A stretch of DNA of 53,255 nt, taken from NCBI GenBank assembly GCA_035439365.1, contig DAORKB010000003.1, forward strand, positions 1 to 53,255, given 5' to 3'. Below are positions 17,799 through 28,240 of the stretch, in pieces. The notes under the pieces were generated by a model. It saw only the letters and a program-made list of their open reading frames with translations. It did no database searches and was not told the DNA's origin. The DNA comes from Bacteroidia bacterium. Its GTDB lineage: Bacteria; Bacteroidota; Bacteroidia; 2-12-FULL-35-15. Positions within the stretch are counted from its first letter, which is position 1; each line of letters begins with the position of its first letter. A program made the translations under genes and the position numbers.

Positions 17799-18431
17799 AT
17801 GAAGTTGAAAATATTTTTTCTGATTTTCTTTAGCTGTATTATTCAATACAGTTTTTCTCAAATAACGTGTGTTTACGGAAGTTATTCGGGTACAGGAAGT
17901 GCACATAGCATTACTGGTGTGGGATTTACGCCTGCAGCCGTGATTATTAAAGGTGGTTCAAATGGAACCTATGTGAAAACAACAACCATGGGCTCAAACA
18001 ATTCACGCTTATGGGCCAATAATGGTTCGCTTGTAACCAATGCAATCACCGGTTTTAATACCGATGGTTTTTCTGTTGGATCAATATCTGGTGTAAATGC
18101 ATCGGGAACAACGTATTATTTTATAGCCATATCCTCATCTTTTCCCGGGTTAAGAGTAGGTTCGTATTCTGGAGATGGTTCCTCCACTTATGAGGTTGCT
18201 TTTCCGGGAGGTGCATCAGGTAAAGGTATATTTACCATTGTAATACCTGCAAGCTCAGGAGGTGGGGGTGTAATTGGGGCCGATGGTGGAGTGGCACATT
18301 ATGGAATGAATTCATCCGGCGGATCCGGAAATGGAAATGTTACAAGTGGTTACCCTTCAAGTGGTATAGAGGTGTATGGTGCATTTAATTCCACCGGTTT
18401 TTATGAAATCGAGAGAGATTTATTTACCTGA
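17799..18431 (+). CDS. Secreted Gly/Ser-rich protein with two GSYSG(T/D)GS-initiated repeats, function unknown
   Basis: Signal peptide MKLKIFFLIFFSCIIQYSFSQ (ATG at 17799; the track starts at the GTG at 17796). Internal repeats start at GSYSGTGSAHSITGVGF and GSYSGDGSSTYEVAFPG. The 3' end overlaps the convergent gene by 12 nt. Confidence 0.5.
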   Translation: MKLKIFFLIFFSCIIQYSFSQITCVYGSYSGTGSAHSITGVGFTPAAVIIKGGSNGTYVKTTTMGSNNSRLWANNGSLVTNAITGFNTDGFSVGSISGVNASGTTYYFIAISSSFPGLRVGSYSGDGSSTYEVAFPGGASGKGIFTIVIPASSGGGGVIGADGGVAHYGMNSSGGSGNGNVTSGYPSSGIEVYGAFNSTGFYEIERDLFT

Positions 18432-20255
18432 TTTTTTCTTTTGCAACTCTTCAATCATTTTAGTAGCATTTGTATTTTTTGGATTTAATTTTAGTGAGAT
18501 CTTATAATTTTCAATTGCCAGATCAAGATCATTGTTTTTCATGCAAGCTTCTGCATAGCTATCATAAACATTGGAACTAAATGGATATAACAGCGTGTTG
18601 ATTTTAAAGGCATCTTTTGCTAATTTGATTTTATTTGCACCTAAAAACGTATATCCGGTCATATTCAAATTATCTTCCTGAACAACTTCATCAAGTGGAT
18701 CTTCCTTTTTCATTTTTTGAAAGCCAGCTAATGCCTCCTCAAATTTTCCTTGAATCAAAAACTCAAATGCTAATTTCTCATCACTCTTCAATCTTCCAAA
18801 TGTATAAGACGGTGATGACTGGAACCTCCGCTTTACAGTAATGGAGTCAGACGTGCTATTTTCACCTCTTTTGAATTGTATCAATTCACTATCATTTCCA
18901 ACAAATGTGTTATCAGCAACTTTGAACAATTCTGTTGTATCGCCCCCAAACTTATATTTGCAAAGTTTATTGTCTTTTCGGATTAATTGAATAAAAATTC
19001 GTTTATGATTTTTATGATAATAGTATCGCCCAAGAACATTGTTAATTTCCTCAGATGTGAGTTCCATTTTTTTATAGGAAGGAAAATAATTATCCCATTT
19101 GTAAGTAAGAGCGATTGCTCTTGTAAGCTCATCCATAAACTTCGGCTGATTTGAATTGATTAGTATAACAGCTCCGTATCCTTTTTCTTTATGAGCAACA
19201 AGCTGACTGCAAAACCCTTCGTTCCACCCATTGTGCTGAAAGTATACATCATCTTTTTGAGAATTCATAATTCCAAAGCCAAGACCATATCCTTCACCTG
19301 TAACAGGTGTTAACATCGTTGCTACCATTTCTTTTGATATGACAACATTGCTTTCACCTTTATACGTTTTTTGTACATCAATCGCAAACTTAGCAAGATC
19401 CTCAGCAGTTGTCCATAAACCGGCTGGAGCCATTTCCGGATAGGTATGTCTTTTCCCTTTTGTTTGCGTGCCATCAGGTATGTAACCCGTGGCAGCCATT
19501 TTTAACTGTTCTGCTTGTAAAGGTTGATTAAAGGTACTGTTCGACATGCCTAAGGGTTGAAATACAAAGTCATTCATAATTTGTGGAAAGGGTTTTCCTT
19601 CCTTGTCAATCATTATTTGTTGCATGATGCAATACCCTCCGCCGGAATAACGGAAATCACCACCTGGAGCTTTATCAACACGAATAGGATCCGAATTGGC
19701 AGGCTTTTTACCATCCAATACTTCGATAAGAGTTGGAACAGGTAAATCAGGACTATATCCCAAAAAGCCATGAACAGTTATACCGGCAGTATGACTAAGT
19801 AATCCTTTTATGGTTGCTTTTTTATCTTTTGTAAATTCATTATCCGGCAGTTTCCAGGATGTTAAATACGTATTAATATTTTCATTTAGATCCAATTTTT
19901 TTTGCTCTACCAATCTTAAAGCTCCATAAGCACTAACAGGTTTACTTACAGAAGCTGCCTGAAATAAAGTATTCGTTGTTACAGGTGCTTTCGATTCTTT
20001 ATCCATAACACCATAGCTTTTAATGCATTCAATTTTATTGTCTTTAATAATGGCGATGCTTACCCCCGGTACACCATAATGTTTCATACGTTCTTCAATT
20101 GTCCACATGGAATCGCCTTCAAAAAATACCGGAGCAACAAGAGATGTTTCTACTTTCTTAATATCATTCTCAGTTGATTGAACTTCTGGTTTATGCTGAT
20201 TGGTGCAAGAAAGGAGCCCACCTGCAATGAATAGCATGTAAATAAATTTTTTCAT
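18420..20255 (-). CDS. Serine hydrolase (beta-lactamase/PBP4* family) with a C-terminal TPR-like domain, lipoprotein
   Basis: Lipoprotein signal (LLSC) and the S-x-x-K active site ASVSKP. The C-terminal helical repeats resemble TPR. Confidence 0.8.
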   Translation of the reverse strand: MKKFIYMLFIAGGLLSCTNQHKPEVQSTENDIKKVETSLVAPVFFEGDSMWTIEERMKHYGVPGVSIAIIKDNKIECIKSYGVMDKESKAPVTTNTLFQAASVSKPVSAYGALRLVEQKKLDLNENINTYLTSWKLPDNEFTKDKKATIKGLLSHTAGITVHGFLGYSPDLPVPTLIEVLDGKKPANSDPIRVDKAPGGDFRYSGGGYCIMQQIMIDKEGKPFPQIMNDFVFQPLGMSNSTFNQPLQAEQLKMAATGYIPDGTQTKGKRHTYPEMAPAGLWTTAEDLAKFAIDVQKTYKGESNVVISKEMVATMLTPVTGEGYGLGFGIMNSQKDDVYFQHNGWNEGFCSQLVAHKEKGYGAVILINSNQPKFMDELTRAIALTYKWDNYFPSYKKMELTSEEINNVLGRYYYHKNHKRIFIQLIRKDNKLCKYKFGGDTTELFKVADNTFVGNDSELIQFKRGENSTSDSITVKRRFQSSPSYTFGRLKSDEKLAFEFLIQGKFEEALAGFQKMKKEDPLDEVVQEDNLNMTGYTFLGANKIKLAKDAFKINTLLYPFSSNVYDSYAEACMKNNDLDLAIENYKISLKLNPKNTNATKMIEELQKKKSGK

Positions 20256-20342
20256 AAAGAAGGGTTTGTTATTAATGTTTAGATGATACCCAATTTATAG
20301 GATAACACAAATTGGTAACACACTAACTTACTTATTGCTTTT

Positions 20343-21953
20343 TTATTTTAAAAATTCAAACTTCTTCCCATCAAACAATCCTAAATCACTTAATTTAATG
20401 GAAGGAATGACAAGCAGGGCCATGAATGAAAGGGACATAAATGGTGAAAGTAATTTAGATCCCATCGCTTTCACCATTTTATCAATTTCAATGTAATCGG
20501 TTGCAACCCTGTATCCATCACCATCACTCATTAAACCCGCAACCGGTAGTGGAATAATTTTTTCCTGTTTTTTGCTTACAGCAGAAATTCCTCCTTTTTG
20601 TTTAATAATCAAATTAATGGCTTGTGCAATTGAATCATCATCAACGCCCACGGCAATAATGTTGTGCGAATCATGTGCAACAGAAGACGCCAATGCCCCT
20701 TCCTGTAATTGAAAATTTTTGATGAACGCAACAGCTGGTTTTGCTTTGCTGTATCGATTTACGACCACAATCTTTAGAAGATCTTTAGAAGTATCAGAAA
20801 CATTTAGGTTGTTCACAACGGTTGGAGCAATATCCAACCGGTTTGTGATGAGTTCACCATCTATTACTTCAATAGCAGCAATGGGATTTGTAGTATGCGT
20901 AACTTCTAAATCTTTTTTATCAATAGGTGTTGCATGAAAATTATTGATAGGTGTGCATGGAATGGATTTTAATTTTGATTTTCCATTTTCTGCAACCAAT
21001 GCTCCGTTGATAAATGTTTTTAAAATGTTGAAATCAGTTGGGTTGTCGATGATGATAAAATCGGCGTTGTCACCCTCACGTAATAAACCCACATCTAGTT
21101 TATAATGCTGAACAGGATTGTAACAAGCAACACGAAGGATTTTGAATAAATCAATTTTCTTTTGAAGTGCCCTTTTTATAAGGTTGTTGATGTGGCCATC
21201 AACCAAACTGTCGGGGTGTTTGTCGTCAGAGCAAAACATCATGGATCCATAATGTTCAGGAATGAGGTTGACCAATGCTTCAAAATTTTTTGCAGCACTT
21301 CCTTCCCGGATCAATATTTTCATTCCATGTTGTAATTTTCCCAATGCTTCTTTTTCTGTAAAACATTCATGATCGGTACTGATACCTGCCGCGATATAAT
21401 TCTTCGCATCATCGCCCATGAGTCCGGGTGCATGGCCATCTACCGGTTTGTTGTGTTTTTTTGCAAGTTCGATTTTTTGATATACTTCCTGATCTTTGTA
21501 CAAGACACCAGGCCAGTTCATCATTTCGGCCAGGTACTTGATTTCAGGTTTTGAGAGCAGGTAATCTACATCGGTTACATCAATTACAGCACCTGCTGTT
21601 TCAAATGCAGTTGCAGGAACGCAGGATGGGGCACCAAAATAGAATTTGAAAGGACTTTGTTTTCCATTTTCAATCATAAATTCTACCCCTTGCACACCCA
21701 ACACATTCCCAATTTCATGTGGATCGGAAATGGTTGCTACGGTTCCATGAACAACTGCTAAACGAGCAAATTCAGTGGGTACGAGCATGGAACTTTCGAT
21801 GTGTACATGTGCATCAACAAAGCCTGGTAGGATATATTGCTCTGATTTTTGAGAAGTTTTTTTAATGGAATAAATTTTATTTCCGTTGATTTCTATTTCA
21901 GCAGGGTATATGGAATTTGTGTGAATATCAATAAGGTTAGCGGTAATGATCAT
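20343..21953 (-). CDS. ade: Adenine deaminase (amidohydrolase superfamily)
   Basis: GFVDAHVHIESSML metal-binding motif and about 536 aa. I prefer the ATG at 21953 (MIITANLIDIH...) over the track start at 22007, which overlaps the upstream gene. Confidence 0.8.
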   Translation of the reverse strand: MIITANLIDIHTNSIYPAEIEINGNKIYSIKKTSQKSEQYILPGFVDAHVHIESSMLVPTEFARLAVVHGTVATISDPHEIGNVLGVQGVEFMIENGKQSPFKFYFGAPSCVPATAFETAGAVIDVTDVDYLLSKPEIKYLAEMMNWPGVLYKDQEVYQKIELAKKHNKPVDGHAPGLMGDDAKNYIAAGISTDHECFTEKEALGKLQHGMKILIREGSAAKNFEALVNLIPEHYGSMMFCSDDKHPDSLVDGHINNLIKRALQKKIDLFKILRVACYNPVQHYKLDVGLLREGDNADFIIIDNPTDFNILKTFINGALVAENGKSKLKSIPCTPINNFHATPIDKKDLEVTHTTNPIAAIEVIDGELITNRLDIAPTVVNNLNVSDTSKDLLKIVVVNRYSKAKPAVAFIKNFQLQEGALASSVAHDSHNIIAVGVDDDSIAQAINLIIKQKGGISAVSKKQEKIIPLPVAGLMSDGDGYRVATDYIEIDKMVKAMGSKLLSPFMSLSFMALLVIPSIKLSDLGLFDGKKFEFLK

Positions 21954-21963
21954 AATAAAAATT

Positions 21964-22425
21964 CTATTTATTGGTTGAAGATACACAATCCAAAACCCAC
22001 TTACCATTTATCTTCTTGAAAACAGATAGCCATGCAAAATAAGTGGTGTCAACAATCTCCTGCTGATTTTCGTCTTTCGTTTTTAGAATAACACATTTAT
22101 CAACGGCTACATATGCTACAGAAGCATCTTCAGAAAAACGAATAACCGGAGGAGTGTTGTTGTCCCACTTTATAAATTCAATGACTTGTTTGAAATAATT
22201 GTCAAAACGTTGTATATGCTGATCGTAGGTTGGTTGAGAAATAACACCACGGTTAATGGAAATGAAATCTTTGGAAAAGCCATCTGCCATTCCTTTGGCA
22301 TTTTTTGAGAAATGAAATTCGCGAGCTTGCTCATCTAATTTAAGTAGCTCTTGCTTTTCTTTTTCGAGATCAATGTGAGCTGAAGAGCATGATGCAAAAA
22401 GAAGTAATAGAACGATATTTTTCAT
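21964..22425 (-). CDS. Lipoprotein with a SnoaL/DUF4440-like (NTF2-fold) domain
   Basis: Signal ending FASC. The size and the C-terminal sequence AWLSVFKKINGKWVL are typical of NTF2-like folds. Confidence 0.5.
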   Translation of the reverse strand: MKNIVLLLLFASCSSAHIDLEKEKQELLKLDEQAREFHFSKNAKGMADGFSKDFISINRGVISQPTYDQHIQRFDNYFKQVIEFIKWDNNTPPVIRFSEDASVAYVAVDKCVILKTKDENQQEIVDTTYFAWLSVFKKINGKWVLDCVSSTNK

Positions 22426-22460
22426 TTGTGCAACTATTTAAATAAGTTAAAAGCTTAAAT

Positions 22461-23393
22461 CTATACAGCTAGAATCTTTTCTGCCAAAATTCTTGCAATC
22501 TTCTCATTACTCTCATGTGTCCATCCGGCAATGTGAGAGGACAGCATCACCTTGTCGCTTTGAATAAGGTATTGAAAAGCATCCGGTAAGTTAGCAGCAT
22601 CTAAATTTTCGAAAGAAGTCATTTCATACTCTAGCACATCCAGGCAAGCACCGGCTACTTTACCGGATTTAAGATTGGCCACAAGATCAGCTGTATTTAG
22701 TGATTTGCCTCTGGCTGTATTGATGATGTAAATATTTTTTTTGAATTTTTTAATGAACGCATCATTGATTAAGTAATGTGTTTCATCTGTTAACGGAGTA
22801 TGTAAACTAAGTACATCGGTTTTTTCAAAAATTTCGTCCAATGTTACCTCTTTAATAGCGTTGTTGCCAAATTCTTTTTTGTATTTATCGTAAACCAATA
22901 CTGTTACTCCAAAACCTTTTAAACGTTCAGCAAAAGCACTTCCCATGTTTCCGTAACCAATTATGCCAACGGTTTTTCCCATCAGCTCAACACCACGATT
23001 GCCTTCACGTATCCATTTCCCTTCACGCACTTCTTTGTTGGCACGGCATAAGTTATTGAAAAGGGAAAGTAACATTCCAAGTGCATGTTCTGCTACAGCA
23101 TCGCGGTTTCCTTCGGGTGCATGCAAGCATTGAATTCCTTTGCTTTCGGCGTAAGTGGTATCAATGTTTTCCATACCGGCTCCTGCACGCGCAATAAATT
23201 TAAGCTTAGTGGCTTTGTCAATAATTTCTTTGGTGATTTTTATACGACTTCTGATTACAATGCCATCATATTCGTAAATATTGGTAATAATTTCTTCTAG
23301 GCTCCATTTGTAATTTAAATCACAAGTGTGGCCCGATTTTTCAAGTGTTTGGTGAAGAATGGGATGGTTGGAGTCGATGAAGAGTATTTTCAT
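22461..23393 (-). CDS. D-isomer-specific 2-hydroxyacid dehydrogenase (phosphoglycerate dehydrogenase-like)
   Basis: NAD-binding GIIGYGNMG and a catalytic R/E/H context (NTARG..., SSHIAGWT). Confidence 0.8.
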   Translation of the reverse strand: MKILFIDSNHPILHQTLEKSGHTCDLNYKWSLEEIITNIYEYDGIVIRSRIKITKEIIDKATKLKFIARAGAGMENIDTTYAESKGIQCLHAPEGNRDAVAEHALGMLLSLFNNLCRANKEVREGKWIREGNRGVELMGKTVGIIGYGNMGSAFAERLKGFGVTVLVYDKYKKEFGNNAIKEVTLDEIFEKTDVLSLHTPLTDETHYLINDAFIKKFKKNIYIINTARGKSLNTADLVANLKSGKVAGACLDVLEYEMTSFENLDAANLPDAFQYLIQSDKVMLSSHIAGWTHESNEKIARILAEKILAV

Positions 23394-23401
23394 TTTGGTA
23401 G

Positions 23402-24796
23402 TTATAATAATACACCACGAAGCAACAAAATAGAGAACGAGAAGTAAATAATCAATCCGGTTACGTCAACTAATGTTGCAACAAAAGGAGCAGATGAAAC
23501 GGCCGGGTCCAGCCCTAATTTTTTAAGACACAATGGAAGTAGCGAACCCATCAGTGTTCCCCACATCACAACTCCAACAAGAGAAGTTCCAACGGTTAAA
23601 GCAATCAGGTACCAATGCGGACCATAACTTTGTATAAAGTAGGACCATGCTGCAACGCGTACAAAACCTATAAATCCGAGAATAAGTCCAATGACCAGTC
23701 CGGTTGAAAATTCTTTTTTTACAATGGTCCACCAATCACGAATGGAAATTTCGCCCAGTGCCAATGCACGGATAATAAGTGTGGATGCTTGTGAGCCACT
23801 ATTACCCCCACTGGAAATAATTAATGGAATAAATAAAGCAAGGATAACTGCCTTTGCAATTTGATCCTCAAAAAAGCTCATGGCAGTAGCTGTTAATGTT
23901 TCTCCTAAAAAGAGAATGATTAACCACCCTACTCTTTTTTTAATCATTTGAGAAAATGGTGTACTCATGTAAGGCTCTTCGAGTGCCTCCATAGCGCCCA
24001 TTTTCTGAACATCTTCTGTTTCCTCTTCACGTCTTACGTCTACTACGTCATCGATGGTGATACGACCCACCAATCTTCCAAGACCATCCACAACAGGCAA
24101 TACAACAAGGTTGTATTTGTCCATCACGTTTGCAACTTCTTCAGCCGGCGTGTTTGTTTTAATAGAGATAACCTTGGAATCGTAGATATCCGCAACTTTG
24201 GAACGGGTAGAGGAAACAATTAATTTTTTTAAGGGTAATAAGCCTACGAGTCTTTCATTGTCATCTACTACATAAATGGCATAAATATCAATTACTGCGT
24301 CAGCCTGTTCACGAATTTCGCGAACGCATTCTACGGAATTGCTGTTGACATGTACACGTACAAGCTCTGTCGCCATTAAACCACCGGCAGTGTTCTCATC
24401 ATAGTTCAACAGGTCAACGATATCGCTGGCCTGCTCACTGTCTTCCATGAGTGCCAGGACCTCATCCTGCACTTTATCCGGAAGTTCAGAGATTACATCG
24501 GCCGCATCATCGGAGTCCATATTGTCTATGAACTGTTCCGCAATTTCTTTAGAAGTAAGGGAAGCAAGGAAATCCTCTCGCACATCCTCATCCAGCTCAA
24601 TCAAGACATCGGCGGCAATGGTTTCATCCAGTTGTTTGTATACAAACTTCGCTTCTTCCGCATCCAGCTCATTAAAAATTTCGGCAATATCAGGTGCGTA
24701 TAGATCTTTGAACTGATCTAAAATGTAGGCTGCATCCTCTTTGCGAATTGCTTCACGGAGCTCTGTTAAAAAAACGTCTGTTAATTCAAATGGCAC
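23402..24796 (-). CDS. mgtE: Magnesium transporter MgtE
   Basis: GTG start. MgtE N-domain, CBS pair and a five-TM C-terminal domain (IISSGGNSGSQAS...DPAVSSAPFVATLVDVTG). Confidence 0.9.
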   Translation of the reverse strand: MPFELTDVFLTELREAIRKEDAAYILDQFKDLYAPDIAEIFNELDAEEAKFVYKQLDETIAADVLIELDEDVREDFLASLTSKEIAEQFIDNMDSDDAADVISELPDKVQDEVLALMEDSEQASDIVDLLNYDENTAGGLMATELVRVHVNSNSVECVREIREQADAVIDIYAIYVVDDNERLVGLLPLKKLIVSSTRSKVADIYDSKVISIKTNTPAEEVANVMDKYNLVVLPVVDGLGRLVGRITIDDVVDVRREEETEDVQKMGAMEALEEPYMSTPFSQMIKKRVGWLIILFLGETLTATAMSFFEDQIAKAVILALFIPLIISSGGNSGSQASTLIIRALALGEISIRDWWTIVKKEFSTGLVIGLILGFIGFVRVAAWSYFIQSYGPHWYLIALTVGTSLVGVVMWGTLMGSLLPLCLKKLGLDPAVSSAPFVATLVDVTGLIIYFSFSILLLRGVLL

Positions 24797-24904
24797 AATG
24801 CAAATACGTTAAGCAAGAATAAAAATATACCCCTGATTGATTAAACTTCAAAATGATTAACGCTGCAAAGGTAAACTTTATAATTAAAAGGAGGATAGGG
24901 GCTG

Positions 24905-25684
24905 TTAAATTTCTATCATATTTGTTAATGCAACAAAATCAGCAACCGACAACTCTTCGGCTCGTTGTGTTAAATAGATGTGACTTAAAAATTCGGGTTT
25001 TAGCTTGAAAGCTTTAATAGAATTACGCAGGGTTTTACGACGCTGATTAAATCCGGCTTTTACAACTTGTTTAAATAATTTTTCATTGCAATCCAGTTGT
25101 TTTACCTGGTTTCGTTTTAACCGGATAACAGCCGATTTTACTTTAGGAGGAGGGTTAAATACATTTTCATGTACAGTAAATAAATAATCGATATCGTAAT
25201 ATGCTTGTAACAAAACACTGGTTATTCCATACGTTTTATTCCTTGGTTTGGAAGCAATGCGTTCGGCTACTTCTTTTTGAAACATTCCAACCACTTCTGG
25301 AACGGCATCTTTATGATCAAGTACCTTAAATAAAATCTCTGTTGAAATGTTATAAGGGAAGTTGCCGATTACAGCGAAGGGTTGATTATTGAATAGTTTA
25401 GATAGATCCAATGCTAAAAAATCTCCTTCAATAATTTTATCCTGTAAGGTTGGGAAATGTTTTTTTAAATAAGCGATTGAATCCCTATCGATGTCAATTA
25501 CATGTGTTTCAAAATGGGGAACGTGGATTAGGTATTTTGTTAATACGCCCATACCAGGGCCAACTTCTAATACAACTTTGTATTGAGAAGTAAGTTGTAA
25601 GCTTTTAACAATGTCTTCAGCAATGCGTTCATCGGTTAAAAAATGTTGCCCAAATTGTTTTTTTGCTCTTACTGAATCACTCAT
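24905..25684 (-). CDS. rsmA: 16S rRNA (adenine1518/1519-N6)-dimethyltransferase
   Basis: KKQFGQHFL start motif, SAM site EVGPGMGVLT and the NFPYNIST motif. Confidence 0.95.
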   Translation of the reverse strand: MSDSVRAKKQFGQHFLTDERIAEDIVKSLQLTSQYKVVLEVGPGMGVLTKYLIHVPHFETHVIDIDRDSIAYLKKHFPTLQDKIIEGDFLALDLSKLFNNQPFAVIGNFPYNISTEILFKVLDHKDAVPEVVGMFQKEVAERIASKPRNKTYGITSVLLQAYYDIDYLFTVHENVFNPPPKVKSAVIRLKRNQVKQLDCNEKLFKQVVKAGFNQRRKTLRNSIKAFKLKPEFLSHIYLTQRAEELSVADFVALTNMIEI

Positions 25685-25745
25685 TAAAATAATAGATATT
25701 AAATATTTAAAAATTAGTAGAATCTAAGCGTGGCGTCAGTTCTCG

Positions 25746-25760
25746 CCCCGATAGCTATCG
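25746..25760. repeat. Second copy of the CGCCCGATWGCTATCG motif (contains the perfect palindrome cgatagctatcg)
   Basis: Read directly from the sequence. Compare 5325..5340. Confidence 0.5.
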
Positions 25761-25791
25761 TTTGACACAACTCACGCATTTTTACTATATC

Positions 25792-26091
25792 CTAAACAAC
25801 TTCCAACAAGGTGCGAAAAGCAACAAACTTATTGGCGTATCGATCGGTGACCTCCTTTTGTAAACGAGGCGCATGTTCCCGTTTATATTTTTCATACGTC
25901 TCCATATCCTTTGCAGTATACTGAATGGAGTAGGTAATACCTTGTTCTTCTTCTACAAGCACTTTGCACATTTTACTTTCAAGAAAGCAATTGGTTTTCA
26001 TGACATCAGGAATATGTTCATCCTTCATGAATTTTAGCCATTCATCATGTACATCGTGTTCAATGTTAACAGTTACATTGTATATGATCAT
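25792..26091 (-). CDS. DUF4286-family protein
   Basis: 99 aa. The N-terminus MIIYNVTVNIEHDVHDEWLKFMKDEHIPDV matches DUF4286 as I remember it. Confidence 0.6.
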   Translation of the reverse strand: MIIYNVTVNIEHDVHDEWLKFMKDEHIPDVMKTNCFLESKMCKVLVEEEQGITYSIQYTAKDMETYEKYKREHAPRLQKEVTDRYANKFVAFRTLLEVV

Positions 26092-26101
26092 AATCGTTTT
26101 T

Positions 26102-27919
26102 TTAATTAATGGTATCTCCTCTTAGTTTACGGAAGCGTTTGCGTGCCTCTACAACATAAAGACTACCCGGATATTTTTCTAATAATTGTTGATAGAGTTC
26201 TCTGGCTTTATCAGCATTTTTAAATTGGTTTTCATTTAAATCAGCCAGTTTAAACAGTGCATCATCTCCTATAATATCCGAACCGTAATTTGTAAGAATG
26301 GATTCATAAAAAGTTGCTGCTTCGGTGTATTTGCCATGTTTTATTGCCAGTTGCGCTTTTCTGTATAAAATATCATCTGCTAATGCATGATTTGGGAAAA
26401 GTACAGGAATTGAATCCAGTGTTTGAATCGCTTGCTCATCTTTATTTTGAAAAGCTAATAAATCAGCATGTGCAAATATTAAAAGAGGAGCTGTATTCGT
26501 ATCAATTGCAAGTGCATCACTAATCAGGAGAGAAAGATCCATTGCATCATTGGAAATGAGTTTAGAGGTTGCCCCTTTCAATACATCCAGTTGGGATTGT
26601 GCCCATTTAAAATCGCCGGTATAATAGGATATTTTTGCGTTTCTGAATTTGGCTTCCTGACCGATAGCATCATGTTTAAATTCTTTTTCAACCTGAGAAT
26701 AGCGTAAAGAAGCTTCCCAGACATCTCCTGTTACCAATAAAATATCACCTTGCTCTAATTTGCAATTCGCTCTTAAATGTGGTTCTATTTGAGGCATGTT
26801 AATGGCTTCTTCCAAAAGTTCTATGGCCTCTGCGGATTTGTTTAGGTAAAATGCCTGCAAGTGTGCAAGATTTTTTAATAAGGTAACAGTTGTTACGTTT
26901 TTTCCCAGCTCTTCGAGTGTGCTTAAAAAGTTTTTCTCTAATTCGACTAACTCAGCACTGATATAATTTTTTTTGGAAGTAATATGTTGATAAGAAGCAT
27001 TCAATTGTTCTTTGCGCGCATCCAAATAAAAATAAGAGCTTTTCCCTTTTGCAATAACATATTGATAAGCTCTGGCAGCAACATCATAGGCTTCATTTTG
27101 AACGAACAATTGTGCAAGACCCATCACCCTCGCGCCTTCTTCTTTCTTACGTTTATCCAATGCTTTTGCTTGCACAAAAGCTCCTTCCCAATCCTTTAAC
27201 TGAATTTGCATCCAGATCAGAAGCTCAGAAAGTATTGTTTTGTCAGGGTTTTGCTGAATACGTTTTAGCAGTTCCATTTTCAGCAATTCATTTTGCTGAG
27301 GATCGGCTTCGTTGTTAAAGCTTGTTTGCAATGCATTTTGAACGGTTTGAATATAGGAATCATTCGTTTCCAGTACATTCAGATATTCGCCAATCATGGC
27401 CAGTTTGTCACCCTTTAAATTATATACTTCGGCTAGTTCAAAACTGTAGGGGTAATCATTTGCAGAAATTTTTCTTCCTTTTAAATAAGTAGAAATGGCT
27501 AAGTCATATTGATGGATACCAATAAATGCAGTGGCCGTGTTAAATACCTGATCGTCTATTTTTATTGCTTTAATTGCCTGTTCCCAAGCATTTTTAGCTT
27601 TATCAGGATCGTCAGCCTTTAAGTAGACGGTTCCCAAATCAACCATAAAATTCAGATTCTCTTGATTTTGTTTGATTAGTTTTTTAACAACTTTTTCGGC
27701 CTTTTTAAAATCCTTTGTCTCCAGTAAACAATTTAAATAAAGCGTATAAAAGGATTGACCGGATTTTTTATTAAATAAATTTTCATAATAGGTTAACGCT
27801 TTATCATACTCCTTGTTCTGATAAAACTGATTTGCCAATCGTTCATCCGTTGAAGGTTGGGCAAAGCTGCAAAGCTTAACAGATAAAAATAAAAGCAATA
27901 TGTATGTTATTTTTTTCAA
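26102..27919 (-). CDS. Secreted TPR-repeat protein
   Basis: Signal peptide followed by many TPR-like A-x-x-Y/ALxxY helices over 605 aa. Confidence 0.7.
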   Translation of the reverse strand: MKKITYILLLFLSVKLCSFAQPSTDERLANQFYQNKEYDKALTYYENLFNKKSGQSFYTLYLNCLLETKDFKKAEKVVKKLIKQNQENLNFMVDLGTVYLKADDPDKAKNAWEQAIKAIKIDDQVFNTATAFIGIHQYDLAISTYLKGRKISANDYPYSFELAEVYNLKGDKLAMIGEYLNVLETNDSYIQTVQNALQTSFNNEADPQQNELLKMELLKRIQQNPDKTILSELLIWMQIQLKDWEGAFVQAKALDKRKKEEGARVMGLAQLFVQNEAYDVAARAYQYVIAKGKSSYFYLDARKEQLNASYQHITSKKNYISAELVELEKNFLSTLEELGKNVTTVTLLKNLAHLQAFYLNKSAEAIELLEEAINMPQIEPHLRANCKLEQGDILLVTGDVWEASLRYSQVEKEFKHDAIGQEAKFRNAKISYYTGDFKWAQSQLDVLKGATSKLISNDAMDLSLLISDALAIDTNTAPLLIFAHADLLAFQNKDEQAIQTLDSIPVLFPNHALADDILYRKAQLAIKHGKYTEAATFYESILTNYGSDIIGDDALFKLADLNENQFKNADKARELYQQLLEKYPGSLYVVEARKRFRKLRGDTIN

Positions 27920-27931
27920 AGCTTTTAACCG

Positions 27932-28240
27932 TTATTCATTTTTATATCCGTTAATTTCCAGAACCAATGCTTTTGCTTCTGTTTTAATTCCATTTCGTAA
28001 AGTTAGTAAACTTCCTTGTTTTAAATGCTCACCAAATCCATGTGGTGCAAAAAGTAATGCTTTCAGTACCATACTTTGCCCAGGTTCAATGGGTTTTTTA
28101 TACAATTCAATTTGGCATTCTGTGCAATAGTTTTTTACACCTTGTACAGATGCATTCGGTCGGTAAATCCCCATAAGCTCATAACTGGAAAGATTTTCGA
28201 CTAGTAACGTCACGATTAAGTATTTCTTATGATAAATCAA
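27932..28240 (-). CDS. Hypothetical small protein (start uncertain: TTG at 28240 or an internal ATG)
   Basis: An ORF 12 nt upstream of the TPR gene on the same strand. I recognise no motif. Confidence 0.3.
   Translation of the reverse strand: MIYHKKYLIVTLLVENLSSYELMGIYRPNASVQGVKNYCTECQIELYKKPIEPGQSMVLKALLFAPHGFGEHLKQGSLLTLRNGIKTEAKALVLEINGYKNE

Noticed and set aside
21954-22007. N-terminal extensions in the ORF track for ade (to 22007), hemL (from 37074) and possibly rng (from 11626).
   Set aside because: The extensions overlap the upstream gene or the promoter box. The conserved protein N-termini begin at the internal starts (21953, 37128 and possibly 11680).
24797-24904. An M-box (Mg) riboswitch upstream of mgtE.
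   Set aside because: The leader is at most 108 nt, too short for an M-box of about 160 nt, and no recognisable conserved helices are present.
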